Shown here piece after piece: positions 27,335-35,533 of a stretch of 64,000 nt of DNA (within the stretch, counting starts at the first letter, position 1; every line of letters begins with the position of its first letter). Under the pieces are notes generated by a model. That model was not told the origin of the DNA, did no database searches, and saw only the letters and a program-made list of their open reading frames with translations. Source of the DNA: an uncultured Bacilli bacterium (GTDB lineage: Bacteria > Bacillota_I > Bacilli_A > RF39 > UBA660); the NCBI GenBank assembly GCA_944358415.1, contig CALVRA010000004.1, forward strand, positions 3,311-67,310, read 5' to 3'. The position numbers and the translations under genes are program-made.

Positions 27335-27565
27335 CTTTTAATTAAAAAAGTATTATGAATATAAGGGCGTTTTGAACGCGGTACCACCTTATTTTATAAT
27401 ACTTTTATTATCTTTAATTGCTTTAACGGGCATGTCCGTCTTATACTTTTCATATAAGAAGCTCCTAAGTAAGTTCATAATTATGGTTAAAAAGTTTTCA
27501 CCAACCACTTTTTCTCTAAGTAACCTAATAATTATTACTGCTCTTATTCCTTGCTTTTAACTTTA
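27335..27565 (-). promoter_or_regulatory. T-box riboswitch leader, Leu specifier
   Basis: Minus strand carries the T-box core AAGGTGGTACCGCG (plus 27377-27390). This core is enclosed by a long terminator helix (AAGTATTATAAAATAAGG / CCTTATATTCATAATACTT) followed by a T-run. The candidate specifier region ...GAACUUACUUAGG... contains Leu codons CUU and UUA. Confidence 0.85.
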
Positions 27566-27568
27566 ATT

Positions 27569-27597
27569 ATTATAATATATTTTTAATTATGGTTCAA
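27569..27597 (-). promoter_or_regulatory. Sigma-A-type promoter of the Leu T-box operon
   Basis: Minus strand: TTGAAC, 17 nt, TATAAT. Confidence 0.6.
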
Positions 27598-27623
27598 TAA
27601 TTTTAAAATAATTTTATTAACTT

Positions 27624-28274
27624 TTAGTCATCGCTACTACGGCCAAATAATTGAAGCAATCTTAAGAATAGGTTAATAAAATCTAGATATAGTTCTAGGG
27701 CGCCATAAATGGCTAAATTATCTTCTGGAATAACACCTAATTGATTTAATTTAATGATTTGTTGAACATCATAAGCTGTGTATATGACAAAGATGGCAAT
27801 TGCAATTATTGTAATAATTAAATCAAAACCTGAATTATTTAAGAAGATATTTATAATAGAACATACTATTATAGCTATTAAACCTATGAGTAAGTATGGA
27901 CCTACTTTTGTGAAATCTGTTTTTGTTGTAGCTCCTATAAGTGCGAATACGGCAAAGATAATTGCGGCTAATAAGAATACATACATAATTGAACCTAGTT
28001 CATAGGTTACAAATATTGTTGAAAATGTAAGCCCACTTATAGCTGAGTAAATTATAAAGCTAACTATGGCGGTTGCAGGTTTCATTTTAGTAATTCTAGC
28101 TGATAAGAAAATTACTAAAGCAAATTCAAGGATAATTACTAATATGATTGTCCAACTACCCAATAATTTAAACATTGTCTCTGGATGAAGTGATACATAA
28201 TAACCGGTAAAAAATGTTACTAGTAAGCCTATAAACATCCAACCAAATACTTTTGGCATTATTTTATTTGTCAT
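27624..28274 (-). CDS. BAX inhibitor-1/YccA family membrane protein
   Basis: 216 aa with about seven TM segments and a C-terminal 'LELYLDFINLFLRLLQLFG' block typical of the BI-1/YccA family. Confidence 0.8.
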   Translation of the reverse strand: MTNKIMPKVFGWMFIGLLVTFFTGYYVSLHPETMFKLLGSWTIILVIILEFALVIFLSARITKMKPATAIVSFIIYSAISGLTFSTIFVTYELGSIMYVFLLAAIIFAVFALIGATTKTDFTKVGPYLLIGLIAIIVCSIINIFLNNSGFDLIITIIAIAIFVIYTAYDVQQIIKLNQLGVIPEDNLAIYGALELYLDFINLFLRLLQLFGRSSDD

Positions 28275-28343
28275 TTAATTTTTTCCTCCTTTGTATAAGT
28301 ATATCATTTTTAATGATTTTTATAAAGATGTTTTGAATAGTAA

Positions 28344-28373
28344 TAGAAAAACTCGGTATTTTTTCCGAGTTTA
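28344..28373 (-). terminator. Rho-independent terminator immediately 3' of the template repeat
   Basis: Minus strand: ACTCGG-aaaaaata-CCGAGT followed by TTTTT, starting right after the TAA of the TR pseudo-ORF. Confidence 0.65.
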
Positions 28374-28382
28374 TTTGATGAG

Positions 28383-28547
28383 GTATGGATTTGACTGGGT
28401 TCCAGTTCCTCCTGTAATTTGGACATCAGAGGAAAGAGTTATGGCAGGGCGGACCGCGTTGTTCGTATTGTTCGCGTTGTTGTTGTTGACGTTGCCGTTG
28501 TTGTTCACATTGAACACGTTGTTAGAGTTACTAGAATTAGGCGACAA
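28383..28547 (-). repeat. DGR template repeat (TR)
   Basis: 165-nt copy of the 3' end of the adjacent gene. The core is dominated by AAC/AAT codons (pseudo-ORF '...NSSNSNNVFNVNNNGNVNNNNANNTNNAVRPAITL...'). Differences from the VR fall almost exclusively at TR adenines. Confidence 0.88.
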
Positions 28548-28681
28548 GCAAAACAGTCCAAACATATTAGTATTGCCCCATATATTGTGCCAAAAATATT
28601 TTTTCGGCCATGGCGAGGCATTCGCCCCGCTACCAAACTCCTATCGGAGTTTGCGAAATCATTCTATCCACTGTTTTATTC

Positions 28682-29614
28682 TTAACTCAAAGTGTATGGA
28701 TTTGACTGGGTTCCATCTCCACCAGTGATTTGGACATCAGAGGAAAGAGTTATGGCAGGGCGGACCGCATAGAACGCATAGCTCGCGTCGTAGTCGTTGA
28801 CGTAGCCGTTGTTGTTCACAACGAACACGTTGCGAGAGCTACCAGAAGCAGGCGACAATGTCCACCAATGACTATTTGAATCAAACATCCAATCACTATT
28901 CTTACATGTACGATAATTACTATTATATGTACTTAATGTTTTACAGCTTGTATTTGAACATGCTCTTATATATTCACTTACTGTTGGTAAGGCTACTTTT
29001 ACTTTAGATGTTGTTCCTTTTTCATCATTTATTTGATCTTGCATATCATTATTATTCCATGTTACTGCACCTGCATAATATGTAGCTTCTACTATTTGAC
29101 TTTTGGCAACACTTGTTAGACTATAATAATATGTACCATTTAAATATATATTAAGGGTTGCTGGTTGATTCCACTTGTTTGAATTTGATGTGTCCCAAGC
29201 TAAATTATCAGATGTATTTATCTCTTCATCCCTCATTATCTTTATTGTTCCATCTGAATTTATAGATATGATTCTCCAGCCGGCTTTCTCATTATTAAAC
29301 GTTACATAATTATTGGGATTGGCTCCTTTATAAGTGTATTTTCCATCTTCATATTCATCTTTATATAATCCATCTCCTGATGTTACTATATCTACATTAT
29401 CTAATATTGTATCTCCGGTTGTTGGTGGGAAACAGACATTATAAAGTTCATCTATGGCTCCTTGGACGTTATTTGAATTAAGGCCACTTGAAGTATTTGA
29501 ATATGATACTTCATTTGATGGGAAAGTGACTGCTGCACACACCACTACTCCACTTACTATAATTCCGGCAATTATAAATCCTATTAGATTGGTTTTTATA
29601 TATTCTTTTTTCAT
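28682..29614 (-). CDS. DGR target protein (310 aa), membrane-anchored with C-terminal variable region
   Basis: N-terminal TM anchor plus 'FPSNEVSYSNTSSGLNSNNVQGAIDELYNVC'. Scaffold 'GANPNNYVTFNNEKAGWRIISINSDGTIKIM'. The C-terminus 'WWTLSPASGSSRNVFVVNNNGYVNDYDASYAFYAVRPAITL...' corresponds to the VR that matches the TR. Confidence 0.88.
   Translation of the reverse strand: MKKEYIKTNLIGFIIAGIIVSGVVVCAAVTFPSNEVSYSNTSSGLNSNNVQGAIDELYNVCFPPTTGDTILDNVDIVTSGDGLYKDEYEDGKYTYKGANPNNYVTFNNEKAGWRIISINSDGTIKIMRDEEINTSDNLAWDTSNSNKWNQPATLNIYLNGTYYYSLTSVAKSQIVEATYYAGAVTWNNNDMQDQINDEKGTTSKVKVALPTVSEYIRACSNTSCKTLSTYNSNYRTCKNSDWMFDSNSHWWTLSPASGSSRNVFVVNNNGYVNDYDASYAFYAVRPAITLSSDVQITGGDGTQSNPYTLS
28694..28858 (-). 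repeat. DGR variable repeat (VR) cognate to the TR at 28383-28547
   Basis: Collinear 165-nt match to the TR at a 311-nt offset. The variable core is 28769-28849. About 18 of 19 core mismatches are at TR adenines. Confidence 0.88.
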
Positions 29615-29742
29615 ATTTTATTTCCTTTCGCTTTACTATAATAAATATACTACATTTCAATTTATTTGTCTATATTTTCTTTCGTTTTAATAGTAAAGAC
29701 TTTACTTTCGTTAAAATATAAAATAATTTTGGAGGTAAAGGT

Positions 29743-30018
29743 ATGAAATTGTGTGAAAGTTTGGCAATTAACTTAAAATATTTTTGTAAGAAATATGGAT
29801 TTTCTCAAGAAAAGTTTGCAGAAATTTTAGGAACGACATTATCTTATTTAAATCAAATTGAAAATGGTAAAATTGATGTTAAGTGTTCGACAATTGACAA
29901 GTTTACTAATAATATTAACAATTATGACAAAAAAGCCAAGCTTAAGGCTTGGGATTTAGTTATTTTTGACAAGTCACATATTACTCATTTTTCAAGAATT
30001 GATGAGCGTAATAAATAA
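29743..30018 (+). CDS. XRE-family HTH transcriptional regulator
   Basis: 'FSQEKFAEILGTTLSYLNQIENGK' Cro/C1 HTH. Transcribed divergently from the DGR target. Confidence 0.75.
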   Translation: MKLCESLAINLKYFCKKYGFSQEKFAEILGTTLSYLNQIENGKIDVKCSTIDKFTNNINNYDKKAKLKAWDLVIFDKSHITHFSRIDERNK

Positions 30019-30080
30019 TTATGCTTTTTTTTGACATATTTATGAATTATTTGATGTATATAATAAATGAGGTGATTTTA

Positions 30081-31460
30081 ATGAATAAGAAAAATATATT
30101 AATGGCTTTGCTTGTGATATTTATTACTATTTTATCTAGTGGTGTTTTACTTATTTTAAAAGCTAATAATGTTTTAAAGGAAGATGAAAGTCACAATAAT
30201 AATCTTGTGGCGACGGTTATAATGGCTAGTGATGATTCAGTTACAGTTAGAGATAGTGACAATATTATTTATACTTTTGGTATGAATGAAGGGGCGGAGG
30301 TTGGTGATGTTATTAAAATTGAATATAAGGGTGATTTAAACAAAAATTTTGATTTACAAGACAATGAGGTTATTAGTTTGGTGAGTGCGGATTTAAGTGA
30401 GGATGAAAATGGAATACCGATTTCTTTTTTAGATAACGGAATATTTAAGGATTATTATAAACAGGCATATAAGAAGTTACAAGAAATGAGTTTAGATGAA
30501 AAAATTTCACAAATTTTATTAGTGAGATATCCAGATGATGGAGTTTCAGTTTTAAAAAATAAACAGTTTGGAGGATATGTATTTTTTGCGAAAGATTTTC
30601 AAAATAAAAATAAAAGTGAAGTAAAAAATATGATGGATAGTTTACAATCTGTTGCAAAGATTCCAATTCTAACTGCTGTTGATGAGGAAGGTGGGAAAGT
30701 TGTTAGAATTAGTAGTAATCCATTATTAGCATCTTCTCCTTTTAAATCGTCTAGGGAGTTATATTCATCTGGTGGGCTTGAAGCTATTAAGGAAGATACT
30801 ATTAATAAGAGTAATTTACTTTATGATTTAGGTCTTAATGTTAATTTAGCGCCTGTAGTTGATGTTTCTTTAGATCCTGATGATTATATGTATAGCAGAA
30901 GTTTAGGAGAAAATACAGAGATTACTTCTGAGTATGCAAGAACAGTTATTGAGGCTAGTAAAGGTCATGGGGTTTCATATACTTTAAAACATTTCCCTGG
31001 TTATGGTAATAATAAGGATACACACAGTGGCAGTGTGACTGATAATAGAAGTTATGAGGAATTACTTAAAAATGATATTCCGCCTTTTAAATCAGGAATT
31101 AATGAAGGAGCGGAGGCTGTTTTAATTAGTCATAATATTGTTACGAGTATTGATAAAGAAAATCCTGCTTCTCTTTCTTCAAGTGTTCATAATTTACTTA
31201 GAAATGAACTTGATTTTACTGGTATTATTATTACTGATGATTTAGCAATGGGAGCGACGAGTAATATTCCTGATGCGACGGTTAAAGCTGTATTAGCTGG
31301 AAATGATTTGATAATTACTACAGATTATGATGCTAGTATTAATTCAATAAAGTCTGCTATTAATAATAAAACTATTGATGAAAATTTAATTGATAAGTTA
31401 GCTTTTAGAGTTATTGCTTGGAAATATTATAAAGGTCTTAGTTTTGAAAATCAAAAATAA
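30081..31460 (+). CDS. Membrane-anchored glycoside hydrolase family 3 (NagZ-like beta-N-acetylhexosaminidase)
   Basis: 'AVDEEGGKVVR', 'KHFPGYGNNKDTHSG' and 'ITDDLAMGA' GH3 N-terminal domain motifs. N-terminal TM helix. Start at 30081, after GAGGTGA. Confidence 0.8.
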   Translation: MNKKNILMALLVIFITILSSGVLLILKANNVLKEDESHNNNLVATVIMASDDSVTVRDSDNIIYTFGMNEGAEVGDVIKIEYKGDLNKNFDLQDNEVISLVSADLSEDENGIPISFLDNGIFKDYYKQAYKKLQEMSLDEKISQILLVRYPDDGVSVLKNKQFGGYVFFAKDFQNKNKSEVKNMMDSLQSVAKIPILTAVDEEGGKVVRISSNPLLASSPFKSSRELYSSGGLEAIKEDTINKSNLLYDLGLNVNLAPVVDVSLDPDDYMYSRSLGENTEITSEYARTVIEASKGHGVSYTLKHFPGYGNNKDTHSGSVTDNRSYEELLKNDIPPFKSGINEGAEAVLISHNIVTSIDKENPASLSSSVHNLLRNELDFTGIIITDDLAMGATSNIPDATVKAVLAGNDLIITTDYDASINSIKSAINNKTIDENLIDKLAFRVIAWKYYKGLSFENQK

Positions 31461-31495
31461 CAGTTATAGTTTTCAGTTCTATAACTGTTATTTTA
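31459..31495 (+). terminator. Hairpin terminator after the GH3 gene
   Basis: Perfect 11-bp stem AACAGTTATAG / CTATAACTGTT followed by ATTTTAA. Confidence 0.55.
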
Positions 31496-31609
31496 ATGCT
31501 TCTATTTGTTTTTTATATAAGCCTATAGTATTCATGATTATATCTATAATCAAGTTTTAAGCTAATAATAATTTTGTCACTTTTATAGAATTTAATGACC
31601 TTTAAGTCA

Positions 31610-34018
31610 TTAAATTTCCCCAATATATTCAAGTAATTTTAAGAACATTCTAACGAATTTTTTATCTAAGCCAACTTTAGATAATTTACGAATAGATATT
31701 CGTTTTTTCTTTATTGGTTCTTTACTAAATAAAATAGCATCTATTTTTTCTTTCATTTCAGTAGAGATTTTTAAGTCACTAATGATTCGCTCAATATCTT
31801 CGTTGATTAATCTTAAAGCGTCAATTTCAATGTCTTTACCTTTACAGCTGATTGTTAATTGTCCAATGGTTGGGACATCTTTTATTTCGATAACAAAGTT
31901 TGGTCCGTCAACATATGTTTTTAAAGATAATGATGTTTCATTAATATAAGCTGTAACATCCTCAGTTCTTTTGGTATTTCTAAAGATTATTTTATAATTA
32001 CGTTTTTCTGGAATTATGCCGCTTTTACCTTGAACTGCTCTAATGACAACACTATAATTATTTTTCATATATGTATAGTCTATTTGAGTTAAGAGATAAT
32101 AATCTTTACGATATAAGTCACTTTCTCCATCATCTTCAAATAAGGTATATGAATTACTTTGGCCTGGGAAAATATTTATTTCCATATTAGTAGGTGGTGT
32201 GGTATCATTGAGGTCTTCGTTATTACTTAATGGAATGATAGAACCAGATTTTGCGAATACTGGATAATCTTCATCTCTAAAGAAGCTGATATAACTTTTA
32301 TTTCCTGGAAATTTTTTACCAGTGACATAATCATACCAAGTTCCTTCTGGCAAATAGAAATTATGAACAACACGATTCATGACTTCATCTTTTTGTGTTA
32401 TAATTGGAGCTATTAATAAAGATGAGCCAAAGAAATATTCATTACGGTATAATACATCATCATAGAAACTTGGTTTTAAATAGTATAGTGGTTTAATTAG
32501 TTGATCACCAAATTTATGATATTTATAGGCTTCACTATATATATATGGGATTAGTTTATGTCTTAACTGTAAATATTCTTTAGCAATTGTATGGGTTTTA
32601 ATATCCCATCTCCAAGGTTCTCTTTTATAATACTGACCTTTATCCACACCGAATTTTAAGATTGGTGAGAAAACACCTAATTGAATAGATCTTAAATATA
32701 GTTCATTGTCTTCAGTTCCTTTGAAGTAACCACTAACATCATGAGCAACAAAAGGCGCGCCATTATTAAAGGTATTGTTATTATAAAATGGTATTTTTCT
32801 AAGTGTACTCCAACTTACTTCTGTTTTGCCTGAATACAAAACTGGATAGCGGTGTGGGGCAATAGTGGTACCGTCTGATAATAGTAAAGGTCTTCTTTTA
32901 TAATTTCTTTCCATGTCGTGGAAGTGATAATGTTTTAGAAGCATAAGTTCATTTATGTTTTGTTTATTTTCTAAATCAAGCCAATAAAAGTCTACACCTA
33001 ATGTATCTAATGGATGAATAAATAATTTGAAGTATACATCGACAAATTTTGGGTCTAAGACATTATATGGAATTTTCCCAGTAGAATCATTTTGAATGTA
33101 TTTTAAAGCATCATTATAGTATTTATCTATATTATAGATACCAGATGTTGGGTCAATGCTTAAGCCAATACGAATATTTTTACTGTGGAGATAGTCTATC
33201 ATAGCTTTTGGGTTTGTAAAATATTTATCATTAAAAGTAAAACCTGTTCTTAAATGTTTATCTTTTAGTTTGATTCGTTTGTGCCAATCCTTATCTAAAA
33301 CAAGGATAGAAAGTGGTATATCATTTCTTTCAAAGTTGTCAATTAAAGTTTTTAACCTTAAATCGTCATAGTTATCGTTACTACTCCACCAGTTACCTAA
33401 GGCATATCTTGGAGGAAGTGCAGGAAATCCAGTTATTTGATAGTAATCTTTTAAGGCTAATTCGAAGTCTTTATTATACATGAATAAGTAAGTATCTATT
33501 CTAAGTTCGTTATTTTGAGATACTGTACCATCTTCGTTAAATATAAGTGAGGTTGTATCATCAATACTGGCCATTCCTTCGGCGGAATACAATCCTTTTC
33601 CTTTTAAACCGCCTTCGGCTAAAGAAATATTTGGAAGGCCAAAGTTTCTAACTTCTGGATGACCATAATACCAATAGCGATCTGTATTTAACAGGTCAAC
33701 TTTTAAATTAGCAGATGGATTGGCTTTACCTCCTAAGAAAGATTTTCCTTTGATGTAGGTTAACTTAAAATATTTAGTAGTTATAATTATAAAATTATGG
33801 TCTTCTTTAAGATTAAATTCAGGGGTTTTCAAATCTCTATATAATACTAATTCTGTAGGATCATCTACAAAATGACCATTATCATTATATTCTAGTCTAA
33901 TTAATCTTTCAGTTAAAACTGTAAAACGATAATTAGGACCGACAATAATATTATTTTTATTAGCTATGGCTCTTTTTTTATCTATTTTAAATTGCTCGCC
34001 TAGGTTATACATGAGCAT
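31610..34018 (-). CDS. Glycoside hydrolase family 31 (alpha-glucosidase/alpha-xylosidase-like)
   Basis: 802 aa with 'LPPRYALGNWWS', 'DFYWLDLEN' and 'HDVSGYFKG' resembling GH31 catalytic-region motifs. Confidence 0.75.
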   Translation of the reverse strand: MLMYNLGEQFKIDKKRAIANKNNIIVGPNYRFTVLTERLIRLEYNDNGHFVDDPTELVLYRDLKTPEFNLKEDHNFIIITTKYFKLTYIKGKSFLGGKANPSANLKVDLLNTDRYWYYGHPEVRNFGLPNISLAEGGLKGKGLYSAEGMASIDDTTSLIFNEDGTVSQNNELRIDTYLFMYNKDFELALKDYYQITGFPALPPRYALGNWWSSNDNYDDLRLKTLIDNFERNDIPLSILVLDKDWHKRIKLKDKHLRTGFTFNDKYFTNPKAMIDYLHSKNIRIGLSIDPTSGIYNIDKYYNDALKYIQNDSTGKIPYNVLDPKFVDVYFKLFIHPLDTLGVDFYWLDLENKQNINELMLLKHYHFHDMERNYKRRPLLLSDGTTIAPHRYPVLYSGKTEVSWSTLRKIPFYNNNTFNNGAPFVAHDVSGYFKGTEDNELYLRSIQLGVFSPILKFGVDKGQYYKREPWRWDIKTHTIAKEYLQLRHKLIPYIYSEAYKYHKFGDQLIKPLYYLKPSFYDDVLYRNEYFFGSSLLIAPIITQKDEVMNRVVHNFYLPEGTWYDYVTGKKFPGNKSYISFFRDEDYPVFAKSGSIIPLSNNEDLNDTTPPTNMEINIFPGQSNSYTLFEDDGESDLYRKDYYLLTQIDYTYMKNNYSVVIRAVQGKSGIIPEKRNYKIIFRNTKRTEDVTAYINETSLSLKTYVDGPNFVIEIKDVPTIGQLTISCKGKDIEIDALRLINEDIERIISDLKISTEMKEKIDAILFSKEPIKKKRISIRKLSKVGLDKKFVRMFLKLLEYIGEI

Positions 34019-34032
34019 CTCTCCTTATTCTT

Positions 34033-35445
34033 TTATATTTCATCTATTTGCATGAAATTGGTATGTTTTACTTTTTTAAATGGGTAGCCCCCAGTTATGA
34101 TAATTTTATCACCTTTATTTAGTTTATATGTGGTTTCTAATTTTTGTTTAACATTTTCTGTTAATTCATCAATAGTATTTCCTTCAGCTTGGACTGGAAG
34201 TACTCCAAAATATAGTTGCAGGCTTTTAACGACGCTTGGGTTAGAAGCAGCTGCTATTATTGGGCATGGAGGTTTTAATCCGCTTATTCTTCTAGCAGTT
34301 TTACCAAAGTTTGTAGCTACTAAAATGGCTTTACAATCTAATTCATTAGCACCCAAGACTACACTTGAGGAAACTGTGGCGGTGATGCTTTTTTGTTTTT
34401 CATTTAAAGAATTTTTAAAAAAGTATTTATAGTCTATACTATCTTCAGATTCTTTGATTATTTTACTAACAACTCTAACTGTATCAACTGGATGAGCACC
34501 AATAGTGGTTTCACTTGTGAGCATAATGGCATCAATGGCTTCAGAAACTAGTGTTGATAAATCTGATACTTCTGCTCTATTTGGAACTGATTTTTTAGTG
34601 ATGAAGCTATTGAATTCAGCTGTTATAACCATTAGACATCCTTCTTTATAACATTTATGAATTATTTTCTTTTGAATTATTGGCACTACTTCAATAGGAA
34701 GCTCAATACCTAAGTCTCCCCTATCTAATATGATTCCATCGGCAATATTGATAATGTTGTCAATGTCTTCGACTGCTCTTTTATTTTCTATTTTGGCTAA
34801 AAGAGCTATGTGTTCGTTTTTGAGTTCAATTAATAAATCATTGATTTCTAAGACGTCTTCAGCTGAGGAAATTGAAGATACAACTATAAAATCGACATTC
34901 ATTTCATGGGCAAATAAGATATCTTCATAATCTCTATTTGTTAAAAATTTTCGGCTCATTATTGTTTCTGGTAAGTATATTTTTGAATGATCAGTAACTT
35001 CTCCACCTTTTAAAACGTCACAAACAACATAGTCTAAGCCTTTTTCTATTACTTGTAGAATGACACTTCCTTTACTTAAAATTATTTTAGTATGGTATTT
35101 TAAATCATTTACTAAGTTAGGATAATTTACGGAAAAACCGGTCATATTTCCTTTGGTTTGGTTCATATATATTCTAATTTTATCACCAGTATTTAAATGA
35201 GTTTTCCCTCCTATAAAGGTTCCTGTTCTAATACAAGGTCCTTCTAAGTCTAACATAACAGCTGTATTGGTACCAAGTTTTTCATTTGTTTCATCAATTA
35301 TTTTTATTAGTCTACGGCAAACGTCATGTGAGGAGTAGCTCATATTGATTCTAATAACATCTATTCCACTTTTAATAAATTCTTCTATCTGTTTTTGTTC
35401 GTTTTTACTTTCACAAACGGTTGCGATTAATTTTGTTTTTTCCAT
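34033..35445 (-). CDS. pyk: Pyruvate kinase (divergent)
   Basis: 'KTKLIATV...IRINMSYSSHD', 'MLDLEGPCIRTG', 'AKIENKRAVEDIDNI...DGIILDRGDLGIELP' PK motifs. Start moved to the ATG at 35445. Confidence 0.8.
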   Translation of the reverse strand: MEKTKLIATVCESKNEQKQIEEFIKSGIDVIRINMSYSSHDVCRRLIKIIDETNEKLGTNTAVMLDLEGPCIRTGTFIGGKTHLNTGDKIRIYMNQTKGNMTGFSVNYPNLVNDLKYHTKIILSKGSVILQVIEKGLDYVVCDVLKGGEVTDHSKIYLPETIMSRKFLTNRDYEDILFAHEMNVDFIVVSSISSAEDVLEINDLLIELKNEHIALLAKIENKRAVEDIDNIINIADGIILDRGDLGIELPIEVVPIIQKKIIHKCYKEGCLMVITAEFNSFITKKSVPNRAEVSDLSTLVSEAIDAIMLTSETTIGAHPVDTVRVVSKIIKESEDSIDYKYFFKNSLNEKQKSITATVSSSVVLGANELDCKAILVATNFGKTARRISGLKPPCPIIAAASNPSVVKSLQLYFGVLPVQAEGNTIDELTENVKQKLETTYKLNKGDKIIITGGYPFKKVKHTNFMQIDEI

Positions 35446-35533
35446 GTTTACCGCCCTACTTTCTATATAAATTATAATGTATATGTTTTTTAAAGTCAAT
35501 GAAATTTAAAAGATGTAGCTTTTAGTCTACACC

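Noticed and set aside
28371-28565. 64-aa Asn-rich minus-strand ORF (MFGLFCLSPNSSNSNNVFNVNNNGNVNNNNANNTNN...)
   Set aside because: It is the template repeat read as protein. It has no convincing RBS, it is a copy of the neighbouring gene's 3' end, and its AAC richness is what a DGR TR looks like. It is annotated as a repeat, not a CDS.
28291-28728. Plus-strand ORFs 28291-28728 and 28419-28685, and 36027-36212 at the relic locus
   Set aside because: These are artefacts of the locally GC-rich TR/VR DNA, which depletes stop codons. They run antisense to the repeats and across the spacer, with no RBS or family resemblance.
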